A stretch of 64,000 nt of DNA from Pirellulaceae bacterium (GTDB lineage: Bacteria > Planctomycetota > Planctomycetia > Pirellulales > Pirellulaceae). The notes below the pieces were generated by a model that did not search any database, was not told where the DNA came from, and saw only the letters and a list, made by a program, of their open reading frames with translations. This document shows, piece by piece, positions 1-9,198 of this stretch. The position numbers and the translations under genes are program-made. The first letter of the stretch is position 1. Each line of letters opens with the position of its first letter. The stretch covers positions 1 through 64,000 of the forward strand of contig JBJLEE010000005.1 of the NCBI GenBank assembly GCA_045566075.1. The letters run 5' to 3'.

Positions 1-3000
1 CGAATTCAGTGAGTTTGACTTCGATGCCATCAAGCAATACGAAGATATATTCTGGATGGTTGGCTATACGGTTGATGACCCTGGCCCACTCGGCTGGGAA
101 GAAGATAAGCTCTGTTCTGATCGAAGAACGGGATCCTGTCTTGAATGGAGGCTGCCGGAAGATCTGTTCCATCGACCGTTCGGTTATCAGGATAATCGCC
201 ACGAAGGAATTTACCTTGATGACTTTGTAATCGGATTTGCCGAACGTGGTGAAATTGTCACCAATACTCCGGCTAATGACGCAATTGTTGGTTTGCCAAG
301 TGGTATCTTCGAAGGTACATATCAACTAGAAGTCCGTCGATCATCAGTCTACGTTGCAGAAGGTACATCCTTACTGACTCGCTCATTTGATACAAATGAA
401 CGGCATGCAACTGGATATAGTATTACCGCTCCAGAAGGTGCTGAAATTTATGACGGCGAGACCTTTGATCTGACAGACGGAATCGACTACGTCCGATTTG
501 AATTCGACGACACCGAACTCAATGACGGAGTCCAGAGCGGAAACTTCCGTATTCCGTTTACCACTCAGGATGATGACTTTGAAATCGCTCAAAGCATCCG
601 CGATGCCGTCAACCATTCATCTGTACAGGCGACTCTCAATGTAGCTGCAGCCTCGTGGGATGGTAAAGAAGGTGTTCGATTCCCGGATGCTATTGATAGC
701 GATACATTCCCGGATCTAAGAAATGGACCACTCAATACGTCCAACGTGGTTGATCTGTTTGGTGAAGTCTACGTCTTAACAAATTCGGGTGTCTTTGGTG
801 CAAATAACTTTGATCGTCCTCATACGATCGCGGCCGAAATCAACGATACAACCTTGACGGCTACCGCCACTGGTATCACAGGTTTCAACTCACCAAGATT
901 TATTAGTACTGGTTACATCGGCGACAATGCTGATTATCCACTTCAGCCAGGTCATGATGTGGATCTGTTTGAATTCGAGTTGGATCCAGGCGAACAAATC
1001 TCAATTTCGATTGAAGCACAACAGCTTGGTACCACGCTTGACGCCGTGGCAACGATTTTCGATTCGTCGGGCAATTTTATTAGCCAGGTAAATGACACGA
1101 TTGGCACAGACCCATCGTTTGCATTTACTTCGCCCGCTGCCGCCACGGATACGTTCTATTTGGGCATTAGTGGTCATCCGGTTGCCGGAGCCTTGAGCGG
1201 AACCGGAAGTGAATATGATCCAACGGTTTACGAGTCTTCTGTCGAAGGCGACACTGGATCCTATCGTGTGGAATTATCCTTTGGTGTGACGGTCGATACG
1301 ACGTTTACGATTTTTGATAACCCGAATGACTTCGATAAGCTCAAGATGTTCGGCGATCAAAACCACTTCCGTGATCAAGGTCAGCTTATCCTTGATTCAA
1401 ACCGAATTGCACACTCCCGTGGCTTTGGTATCGAGGTGGATGCAGGGGCACGCGACGGTGGTGATGGCAATCAGCCGCATCCCGGTGGCGTCCGGCATCT
1501 GGACGAGATCAATAACGAACGTCTCGTACCTGGCGTTGTAGTTAGTAATAACCTCATCACGTATAGCGGTGGCGGTGGTATCCACTACAGCGGCGATTCA
1601 AATCTACCCGGGCAACCACTCAGTGCGATTCCATACGGCCGAATTGTGAATAACACGGTTTATGGAAGCGGTGCCGGTGATACAGGTATTCTCATAGACC
1701 AGTTTGCCAGCCCAACAGTGCTTAATAACATCGTGGCGAATACCAACACGGGCATATCGATTGATGCAAGCTCACTGTCAAGTGGCACGGTCGTTGGTGG
1801 TTCGCTGTATCAGGGTAATAGCACTAATACGAACTACACGAACGAAGACTTCGCTATCAGCGTTTCAAATAATGATCCGCTGTTCGTCGATCCGAGCATT
1901 GGAATTGAAAATTTCTATCTCGCTCCAAGTACCAATGTGTTTCCAAACCGAGCTATTGATAGCTCGATTTCATCCTTGGAAGATCGGTTTGATCACGAGT
2001 TAGTGAAGGAACCGATGGGAATTCCTTCGTCGCCAATTCTTGCACCTGAGAGAGACGTTACCGGACAACTGCGAGTTGACGATCCGTCTGTTGAGCCACC
2101 AAATGGGCTTGGTGCCAACGTTTATATCGATCGTGGTGCGATGGATCGTTCTGACTTCTCCGGTCCGATTGCTTCGCTGATTCAACCAAAAGATAATGAC
2201 TCAGAGAATATCGATCTGAATCGTGGTTTGACGATTGTACATGTTGGACCAAACGATGTGGTCGGAAGTTTCCAGATTCGATTGTTTGACGGATTGGAAC
2301 CAACAGATCCTAACGAAGGTGTTGGAATCTCAGATGGTTCTGTTACGACCGATGCTGTAATCGTTCGACGCAATGGTGAATTGCTGGTCGACGGAATTGA
2401 CTATTCCTTCTCGTACAACGGTACAAGTGACACAATTCGGCTGACACCGCTTGCCGGAATTTGGACACCAGATCGACTCTACACAGTTGAGTTAATCAAT
2501 AAAGACCACTGGCGTCTTGAAGCTGACAATGGCTTTAACATCGCCGATGGTTCCATGTTCAGCGTCACAGACAGTACTGGCAAAACAGCTGACTTTGAAT
2601 TCGAACGCGGTTACACGGTAGTCATTCCAAAGACGTATGAAATCACCGTACCACCAGAAGGTGGCGGGCTCGGTGGTATCACCGATGGTGAATTCTTTAC
2701 CGTCAGGCGCGGAAATGAGCCGCCGGTGACGTTTGAATTTGATCGAGATGGAGACTACGTTGCCAGTCGAGTCCCGATTGTGTTTGAAGTGAATGAAGAA
2801 GCCGACAGTATTGCTCAGAAGGTACGCGATGCGCTCGAGAATATAGATCTTGACTTCAATCCGGTATTCCTTGGAGAAGGCAAAATTCATGTTGGAAGCA
2901 ACGCAACACACAATATCGACGTTAGCTTAACGCGACTTAGTATTGATGGCATCTCAGGTGGCGTTGCCGATGGTGACTACTTCAGCGTTGACGATGGCTC

Positions 3001-6000
3001 GAAAATGTTGATCTTCGAATTCGAAGACACAGATATTGCTGATGGCATCCAACAGGGTGACATTCAAATTGATTTCAGTACTGGTGATACCAATGAAAAT
3101 CTTGCTGATATCCTTGTTACTGCCATTACAGATGCTGACCTGGGACTGACTCCTAGAAATCTCGGTGATGGATTAGTACACATCGGCGGTACGGTTAATC
3201 ACGAGTTGATTACATCCAACAGCAACTTGTCTCAGTTTGGTACGCCAAGTGTTCGACACGAATTTGGTCTTCGAATCCCAACACGTGCTGGACAGATATT
3301 CAATGTTCAGGATGCAGAGACATTCGTCTTGAGAAAAGGTGCTGGCGTCCCAGTTACGTTTGAGCTTAATAATTTGAACGAAGATTCAGATTACACGCTC
3401 GGTAATATCAAGATCGACTTTACAAATACGACAAGCGTCGAACAGTTGGCTAACTCAATCGTCATTGCTATACAGGGTGCCGGACTAGACCTTGATCCGC
3501 AAATCGTTCCCGGTACATCTATTATTGATCTTGGTAGTGACGGAACGCATACGCTCAATGTGGCAAACACCAACATCGAACAAGTTGGTTTGCCGGGCGT
3601 GGATGGTGCGAATCCGGTATTTGTGCTGCCTGTGGAAGAATTTGATGCGATTCAAACAGCCGTTGCAATCAGAAGTGCATTTGAATTGGACGAGCTTCTT
3701 GCCGGAGTAACGGTGCGACAAGCTGGCGGCGCTTCATTGATCGTAAATGGTGCGAGCGTTGTAGCAGATCAAAGCGGTGAATTCCTAGTCGATGAATTCG
3801 GACGGCTGACACCATATCAGCTCTTTGAAATCGAAGATTTGGCCACGAACCCGCTGAAAGCAAATCAATTGTCTGGTGAAACGATGTTCACCATTCAACT
3901 GGATCGCGTGGATTACGATCTCGGTGATGCTCCGGATGGAGTAGGTGTTGCTCCGCAGAATTCCTATCCAACGCTCACCGGTCATAACGCGGCGATTCAC
4001 ATGACCATTGGAACTGGTCCGATCCTCGGTGAGCGACGTGACCGTGATATCGAAGGTCAGTCAATTGCTCTGGAAATGCCCGCCGGTGCGGACCTTACTG
4101 ACGGAGAGCAATTCTCTATCACTGCTGGGACGCGAACGGTAGTATTTGAATTCGACGATGATGGATCCGCGACCGCAGAGACTGTCGTCATCCCATTCAC
4201 CGCCGCAACGACCGCTGATGCACTGGCTCAGTCAGTAGTGGATGCAGTGAATACATCCGGCTTGGGATCAAACCCAAGAAACCTGGGAAGTGGCGTAGTT
4301 CTATTCGAAACGAATCAAAAATTCGATCTTTCAGCTGCCGATAGCCTAACTGAATTGCTGTCTGTCGGAGACGATCTGGATGGTAACAACTATGTTGTGG
4401 ATGCATCCGGTGTTACCGATGTGTCGACATCTGTCGGTGCAACTCCATTGTCAATCGTTGTTGCTGCCAATCAGGCAATCGCGCAAGGTGAGATATTTAC
4501 CATTACAAGCGGTTCTGACGTCTATACGTTTGAATTTGATAACGATGTTCTTGCCGTTGGTGTGACGGATGGAAATATACGTGTTCCATTTACACCTGGT
4601 GCAAGTGAAGACGTGGTTGCACAGAATATTGCTGATGCGATTGTTGCAGCCGATTTGCCATTGAATCTCAACCCAGTCGTGCAATCAGGTGGTGTTGTTG
4701 CCTTAAATGGCGATGATGAAGATGGTGTCACCGGTGTTGGCGGTGCTGCAATAATGCCACTAAACGCATTTACAGCAACCGAAATCGAAGTGTCAGCTTC
4801 CGGTGATGGATTGCTCGACGCATGGGTCGACTTCAATCGCGATGGTGATTGGGACGATCAGGGGGAACAGATCTTTGCGAGCGAGCAGGTTTCCGCAGGA
4901 GTTAACTCGCTGTCATTTAGTACACCACTTGAGCCGGATTCAAAACCGGGTGAAACTTATGCTCGATTCCGAATCAGTAGTGAAGGTGGTCTGGCACCTA
5001 CCGGACTTGCCAAAGATGGGGAAGTAGAAGACTACGTACTTACCATCGTTCCTGGGCATCCACCCGAAGCCAAGAATGATCCGGATGTTGGTGCAGATGG
5101 TTTTGACACTGATGAAGACACACCGCTTCCAACAGGTGGAAATAACCCGAGCTTGCTAACCAATGATCTGGATGCGGATGGTAATGATTTCCGCGTCAAT
5201 GATTTCGATGCGTTTAGTGCTCTTGGTGCCGAAGTCACGGTAAACACAGGATGGAAGATTGCTGATGGTGCAACTGCAGGTACCTTCACATATGATCCGG
5301 AATTTGATGATCCGAATGACGGAGTTGATAACCTGATTCAGGAGCTAGCCGCAGGTGATATCGTTACGGATACGTTTAGTTATTCACTTATCGAAGCTGC
5401 GACGGATCCACCTGGTGATCTAGGATCGGCACACTCGTTTGAATCTCAAACACGTGCAATTGTTGCTATCACACTTACCGGTGTGAATGACCAGCCAACA
5501 TCTGAAGATGTTGCACTTGCAGTAAACGAAGACGGTAATACGATTACCGCTTCATTCGTTGGTGATGATGTTGACCGCGATGACGATATCGACACGCTTA
5601 CCTATACGGTTATCAATGGGTTACCGGCAAACAGTGGTGGCTTGACAAACAACAACGACGGAACATTCACGTTTGATCCAAAGGCTCAAATCGATTTCCA
5701 ATGGCTGGGTGTTGATCCTATTACTGGACCAGAAACAACGGATGTAACGTTTACATATAACGCGACAGACAGGCACTCAGGTGTCAGCGTCGATAGTACT
5801 GTAACGATTACGGTGTCCGGCGAAAACGACCTGCCTGTGGCAGCAGATGATTCCTATAGCGTGGATCAGGATTCAACTCTAATTGAGACGGCTGCTAACG
5901 GTGTCATCCTTCATGATGATGGTGACAGCGTTGTGGATACGGATCCGGATGTTAATGACGTCCTTCTCGTTACTCAGGTTGATGGCACTGATCTCGTCGC

Positions 6001-8212
6001 AGGCGAGGTTACCGTGCAAACCGCCAAGGGCGCACAGTTAATCATGTTCTCAGATGGTAGCTTTGAATACGATCCTCGTGGTTCAGCTACTCTGCTGGCA
6101 CTGAATGATGGTGAATCTGACAGCGACTCATTTGAGTATAAAATCGAAGATCCTCACGGAGAGGGTAGTCTCGCCACAGTTACGATCGCTGTCCAAGGTG
6201 TCAACGATCCTCCTGTGGCAGCAGATGATTCATACACCGTCGATCAGGATCAAACCTTGGTAGCACCATTGATCGACCCTGCTCTCGCCGGAATTCTGGA
6301 CAACGATACCGATGCTGATGCTGGTGATTCGTTTGAAGTTGCGACGGTACAGGGAGTTGCACTTACCGGTGGCACAATCACAATTGGTACGGCTCAGAAT
6401 GCAACGGTTACTATCACATCGGATGGTAACATGACGTATGACCCGACCACGGCAGTTGACTCGAATGTAGCGTTTACGCTGCCAGATATCGCCCGCGGTG
6501 ATTCCGACAATGATACTTTCACCTATACGATCGAAGATTTGGAAGGAGACACTGCCCAAGCGACGGTTACGATCTCGGTGATTGGTGTTAATAAGGATCC
6601 AATTGCTGAACCCGATCTGTATGACGATGTAACGAATACTGAAGACTCGGCGATAATTATTGATGCGGCAAATGGTGTCATCAACCATGATGACGGTGAC
6701 GGCATTGTCGATATGGATCCGGAAACTGACAGTATCGAGGTTTCAGGTATCAATGGCACGACCAGCCGAATCGGCGTGAGCGACATGGGTGCGACTATAA
6801 ATGTAACTATCTCCGGTGTAGTTATTTACGATCCAACGCAACGAGATGCACAGACTGGCGAATTCCTGTCACCACTTGTTCAGGCTCTTGATCCGGGTGA
6901 AATCGCGACGGATGAATTCACCTACACAATCGTTGATTACATCGATGATGGTAACGGTGGAAAGATATATCAGGGTGGTTCGTCGACCGCGACGGTACAG
7001 ATTGAAGTACAGGGTGTAAACGATGATCCTGTCACGGTGGACGATGTCGTCCGCATGGAACGTAATACAGTTGCGAATCCGAACATGATTTCAATCGACG
7101 TAACTGCGAATGATACAGACGCTGATAATTACGTCGACGAAAACTCCGGTTCACCAATTAGTGGTACAAGCACAGTGACAATTGTGGGAGTACTGGCAAA
7201 TGGCACAGCGGTCGTTAATGGACTGAACATTGAATACACGCCGGACCTTGATTACAGCGGCGGCGAAGTTATTTCATATACGGTGACTGACGAACACGGT
7301 GCTGTAAGTGATGTGGCAGTTGTTACGATCGAAGTAAATGATCATCCGGTCGCTGTCGATGACGCCGAAACGGTCTATCAAGATATTCAAAATACACCGA
7401 AAGAGATCCAAGTGCTTGGAAATGATTCAGACACGGATGGTGTTGTTGATGCTACAACAGTAGTCATTGTTGATTCACCAACAAATGGTGTGATCGTGTC
7501 TGTTGAATCAGATGGTAGGGTTGTCTATCGACCAAACGATGACTACATCGGTCCGGATTTGTTCACCTACCAATTCCAGGATGATGATGGCGATTGGTCC
7601 AATGTTGCTACGGTATCAATCGACGTAATCGACGATCCATACCCATGGCAAAACAAGGCCAATCCGCTGGATGTCAACTGGGACGGTGAAGTCTCTCCAA
7701 TCGATGCTCTGTTGATTATCACGTACATGAATGACCATCCAGGGAACCCCACGCTACCGACTCCAACGCCAGGCAATTCGCCGCCTCCGTTCCTGGATCC
7801 AAACGGCGACAATTCTGTCGATCCAATTGACGCTCTGATGATCATTAACTATCTCAACGCCAATGCGAATGGTGAAGGTGAAGATGGACCTGAAGGTGAA
7901 TACTTCGCTCCGGTTATTGCTCAAGCTACGGCACCAGCAGTGATCTACACTGATGCCATACTGGATGGACAGCAACTGGCCGAACGCAATGTAGAAGTTG
8001 CAACGGAATCTGTACTGGAGTCAGCAACGGCTGACGTCCTCGATACAGTTGATAATCGATATCAGTCACAAAGCGTAACTGATTTGCGGTCGCAACGAGC
8101 GGTTGGATTGAGTACAGTCCGCGGCGATCTACTCGAGGATCTTCTCGACGACATTGCCGGCGACATTTCCGATAACCATGACGACGGCCTAGGGCTGGAC
8201 GACTGGATGTAG
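1..8212 (+). CDS. Giant secreted or surface protein, 5'-truncated by the window edge. It has a parallel beta-helix region, about six repeats of a roughly 100-aa 'FEF(D/E)' module, about six cadherin/VCBS-like 'VND-P-A-DD' repeats, a Pro-rich linker and two C-terminal dockerin type I repeats
   Basis: The frame is open from nt 2 (no stop before the listed ATG at 56). The continuous ORF is 2718+ aa and ends in TAG at 8210-8212. Beta-helix-like repeats are NNLITYSGGGG..., NNTVYGSGAG..., NNIVANTNTG... Six modules follow the pattern DGE-F-...-VxFEFD..., for example VRFEFDD, VTFEFDRDGD, LIFEFED, VVFEFDDDGS and YTFEFDND. Repeats of the form VNDxP(V/T)AxDD occur at about 5480-7620. Dockerin-like Ca-binding repeats are NPLDVNWDGEVSPIDALLIITYMN and LDPNGDNSVDPIDALMIINYLN, at about 7650-7860. 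Confidence 0.75.
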   Translation, partial: EFSEFDFDAIKQYEDIFWMVGYTVDDPGPLGWEEDKLCSDRRTGSCLEWRLPEDLFHRPFGYQDNRHEGIYLDDFVIGFAERGEIVTNTPANDAIVGLPSGIFEGTYQLEVRRSSVYVAEGTSLLTRSFDTNERHATGYSITAPEGAEIYDGETFDLTDGIDYVRFEFDDTELNDGVQSGNFRIPFTTQDDDFEIAQSIRDAVNHSSVQATLNVAAASWDGKEGVRFPDAIDSDTFPDLRNGPLNTSNVVDLFGEVYVLTNSGVFGANNFDRPHTIAAEINDTTLTATATGITGFNSPRFISTGYIGDNADYPLQPGHDVDLFEFELDPGEQISISIEAQQLGTTLDAVATIFDSSGNFISQVNDTIGTDPSFAFTSPAAATDTFYLGISGHPVAGALSGTGSEYDPTVYESSVEGDTGSYRVELSFGVTVDTTFTIFDNPNDFDKLKMFGDQNHFRDQGQLILDSNRIAHSRGFGIEVDAGARDGGDGNQPHPGGVRHLDEINNERLVPGVVVSNNLITYSGGGGIHYSGDSNLPGQPLSAIPYGRIVNNTVYGSGAGDTGILIDQFASPTVLNNIVANTNTGISIDASSLSSGTVVGGSLYQGNSTNTNYTNEDFAISVSNNDPLFVDPSIGIENFYLAPSTNVFPNRAIDSSISSLEDRFDHELVKEPMGIPSSPILAPERDVTGQLRVDDPSVEPPNGLGANVYIDRGAMDRSDFSGPIASLIQPKDNDSENIDLNRGLTIVHVGPNDVVGSFQIRLFDGLEPTDPNEGVGISDGSVTTDAVIVRRNGELLVDGIDYSFSYNGTSDTIRLTPLAGIWTPDRLYTVELINKDHWRLEADNGFNIADGSMFSVTDSTGKTADFEFERGYTVVIPKTYEITVPPEGGGLGGITDGEFFTVRRGNEPPVTFEFDRDGDYVASRVPIVFEVNEEADSIAQKVRDALENIDLDFNPVFLGEGKIHVGSNATHNIDVSLTRLSIDGISGGVADGDYFSVDDGSKMLIFEFEDTDIADGIQQGDIQIDFSTGDTNENLADILVTAITDADLGLTPRNLGDGLVHIGGTVNHELITSNSNLSQFGTPSVRHEFGLRIPTRAGQIFNVQDAETFVLRKGAGVPVTFELNNLNEDSDYTLGNIKIDFTNTTSVEQLANSIVIAIQGAGLDLDPQIVPGTSIIDLGSDGTHTLNVANTNIEQVGLPGVDGANPVFVLPVEEFDAIQTAVAIRSAFELDELLAGVTVRQAGGASLIVNGASVVADQSGEFLVDEFGRLTPYQLFEIEDLATNPLKANQLSGETMFTIQLDRVDYDLGDAPDGVGVAPQNSYPTLTGHNAAIHMTIGTGPILGERRDRDIEGQSIALEMPAGADLTDGEQFSITAGTRTVVFEFDDDGSATAETVVIPFTAATTADALAQSVVDAVNTSGLGSNPRNLGSGVVLFETNQKFDLSAADSLTELLSVGDDLDGNNYVVDASGVTDVSTSVGATPLSIVVAANQAIAQGEIFTITSGSDVYTFEFDNDVLAVGVTDGNIRVPFTPGASEDVVAQNIADAIVAADLPLNLNPVVQSGGVVALNGDDEDGVTGVGGAAIMPLNAFTATEIEVSASGDGLLDAWVDFNRDGDWDDQGEQIFASEQVSAGVNSLSFSTPLEPDSKPGETYARFRISSEGGLAPTGLAKDGEVEDYVLTIVPGHPPEAKNDPDVGADGFDTDEDTPLPTGGNNPSLLTNDLDADGNDFRVNDFDAFSALGAEVTVNTGWKIADGATAGTFTYDPEFDDPNDGVDNLIQELAAGDIVTDTFSYSLIEAATDPPGDLGSAHSFESQTRAIVAITLTGVNDQPTSEDVALAVNEDGNTITASFVGDDVDRDDDIDTLTYTVINGLPANSGGLTNNNDGTFTFDPKAQIDFQWLGVDPITGPETTDVTFTYNATDRHSGVSVDSTVTITVSGENDLPVAADDSYSVDQDSTLIETAANGVILHDDGDSVVDTDPDVNDVLLVTQVDGTDLVAGEVTVQTAKGAQLIMFSDGSFEYDPRGSATLLALNDGESDSDSFEYKIEDPHGEGSLATVTIAVQGVNDPPVAADDSYTVDQDQTLVAPLIDPALAGILDNDTDADAGDSFEVATVQGVALTGGTITIGTAQNATVTITSDGNMTYDPTTAVDSNVAFTLPDIARGDSDNDTFTYTIEDLEGDTAQATVTISVIGVNKDPIAEPDLYDDVTNTEDSAIIIDAANGVINHDDGDGIVDMDPETDSIEVSGINGTTSRIGVSDMGATINVTISGVVIYDPTQRDAQTGEFLSPLVQALDPGEIATDEFTYTIVDYIDDGNGGKIYQGGSSTATVQIEVQGVNDDPVTVDDVVRMERNTVANPNMISIDVTANDTDADNYVDENSGSPISGTSTVTIVGVLANGTAVVNGLNIEYTPDLDYSGGEVISYTVTDEHGAVSDVAVVTIEVNDHPVAVDDAETVYQDIQNTPKEIQVLGNDSDTDGVVDATTVVIVDSPTNGVIVSVESDGRVVYRPNDDYIGPDLFTYQFQDDDGDWSNVATVSIDVIDDPYPWQNKANPLDVNWDGEVSPIDALLIITYMNDHPGNPTLPTPTPGNSPPPFLDPNGDNSVDPIDALMIINYLNANANGEGEDGPEGEYFAPVIAQATAPAVIYTDAILDGQQLAERNVEVATESVLESATADVLDTVDNRYQSQSVTDLRSQRAVGLSTVRGDLLEDLLDDIAGDISDNHDDGLGLDDWM

Positions 8213-8250
8213 TCAAGGTTGAGCTAGACACCAACGCACCCGGAGGGCGT

Positions 8251-8347
8251 GGCGCAGCCAAACCCGCAGGGCCAAAACAGTTCAAAAAACCAGCAAGCTA
8301 AACACCATACCCAACCGCGGGGCTTGGCGCAGCCAAATCCGCAGGGC
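8251..8347. repeat. Imperfect direct repeat in the 310-bp intergenic region upstream of the ECF sigma factor gene: ggcgcagccaaaCccgcagggc and ggcgcagccaaaTccgcagggc, spaced about 75 bp apart
   Basis: Read directly: 8251-8272 and 8326-8347 differ at one base. Each copy is preceded by a similar GG(G)CGTGG or GGGCTTGG lead-in. Confidence 0.7.
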
Positions 8348-8522
8348 TCCAGCAAATTCGCCCGCATCCTCAACGCATCAATAAATACTTTTGTGTTTCT
8401 AAGAGAGAAGCGTTATCCTGAAACGCTGCTATCACAGGTGGCTATAAATTACTAGTTTTTTCTAAAAAACACCGCCCAATCGGTTCGGAATACGTATCTC
8501 TTAGGTAAAGCACAGCGCTGGA

Positions 8523-9143
8523 ATGGAATCGAAAACGAATCTGGAGTTACTCGAACAAGCCAAACAAGGCGATAAGAGTGCACTTGGTGAATTGCTGATC
8601 AGATACCGGCCGTATCTTCGTATTCTAGCTCAGCGTCACATGGATGCAGCGATTCGAGTTCGTGTAGATCCATCTGACGTCGTGCAACAAACTAGTTTAG
8701 AGGCACATCGCGGAATTGACAGTTTCCGCGGAAATAGTGAAGGGGAATGGGTAGCCTGGGTACGAAAAATCCTTGAAAACAATGCAGCGCAAGCGATCAG
8801 ACTCCATCTTCTTACGCAGAAACGCAGTGCTCGTCGTGAAGTCTATCTGGATGAATCCAATTCAGCGGTTCACTCAGTAAAAGGTGGACTACGATCACGC
8901 GAAATCTCGCCGAGTAAGCGGGCAATGAATTCCGAACGAGCTGTGAAACTGGCATTGATGCTCCATCATTTGCCGGAATCGCAACGGGAGGCAATTCGGT
9001 TACGGTATCTGGAAGGTCGATCGCTTCAGGAGTTAGCTGAGAGCCTCGGTCGTAGCGAAACCGCCGTGGCGGGATTGCTAAAACGTGGCTTGCGAAACCT
9101 CAGGGATGATTCGGATGTCGGCGCTATGGACTCCCGGTTTTGA
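8523..9143 (+). CDS. ECF-family RNA polymerase sigma-70 factor
   Basis: Sigma-70 region 2-like segment LLIRYRPYLRILAQRHM...DPSDVVQQT. Region 4 HTH is LPESQREAIRLRYLEGRSLQELAESLGRSETAVAGLLKRGLRNL. The protein is 206 aa and a Ser/Thr kinase gene follows 55 bp downstream. Confidence 0.85.
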   Translation: MESKTNLELLEQAKQGDKSALGELLIRYRPYLRILAQRHMDAAIRVRVDPSDVVQQTSLEAHRGIDSFRGNSEGEWVAWVRKILENNAAQAIRLHLLTQKRSARREVYLDESNSAVHSVKGGLRSREISPSKRAMNSERAVKLALMLHHLPESQREAIRLRYLEGRSLQELAESLGRSETAVAGLLKRGLRNLRDDSDVGAMDSRF

Positions 9144-9198
9144 ATTAGACTACCGGAAATCTTTTCTCATTCTCCATCGGATATGTATTTGAGGGAAA

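Noticed and set aside
383-7975. Numerous 60-150-aa ORFs on the minus strand and in alternate frames inside the giant gene (for example 383-616, 2492-2911, 6230-6688, 7567-7845)
   Set aside because: They lie entirely within a long, internally consistent repeat-domain ORF. Their translations are low-complexity or cysteine/arginine-rich with no motifs. Typical antisense or out-of-frame artefacts of a long GC-balanced gene.
8249-8455. 68-aa ORF in the intergenic region upstream of the ECF sigma factor gene
   Set aside because: Its translation (AQPNPQG...LAQPNPQG) merely mirrors the DNA direct repeat. No SD, no motifs. The region is better explained as regulatory.
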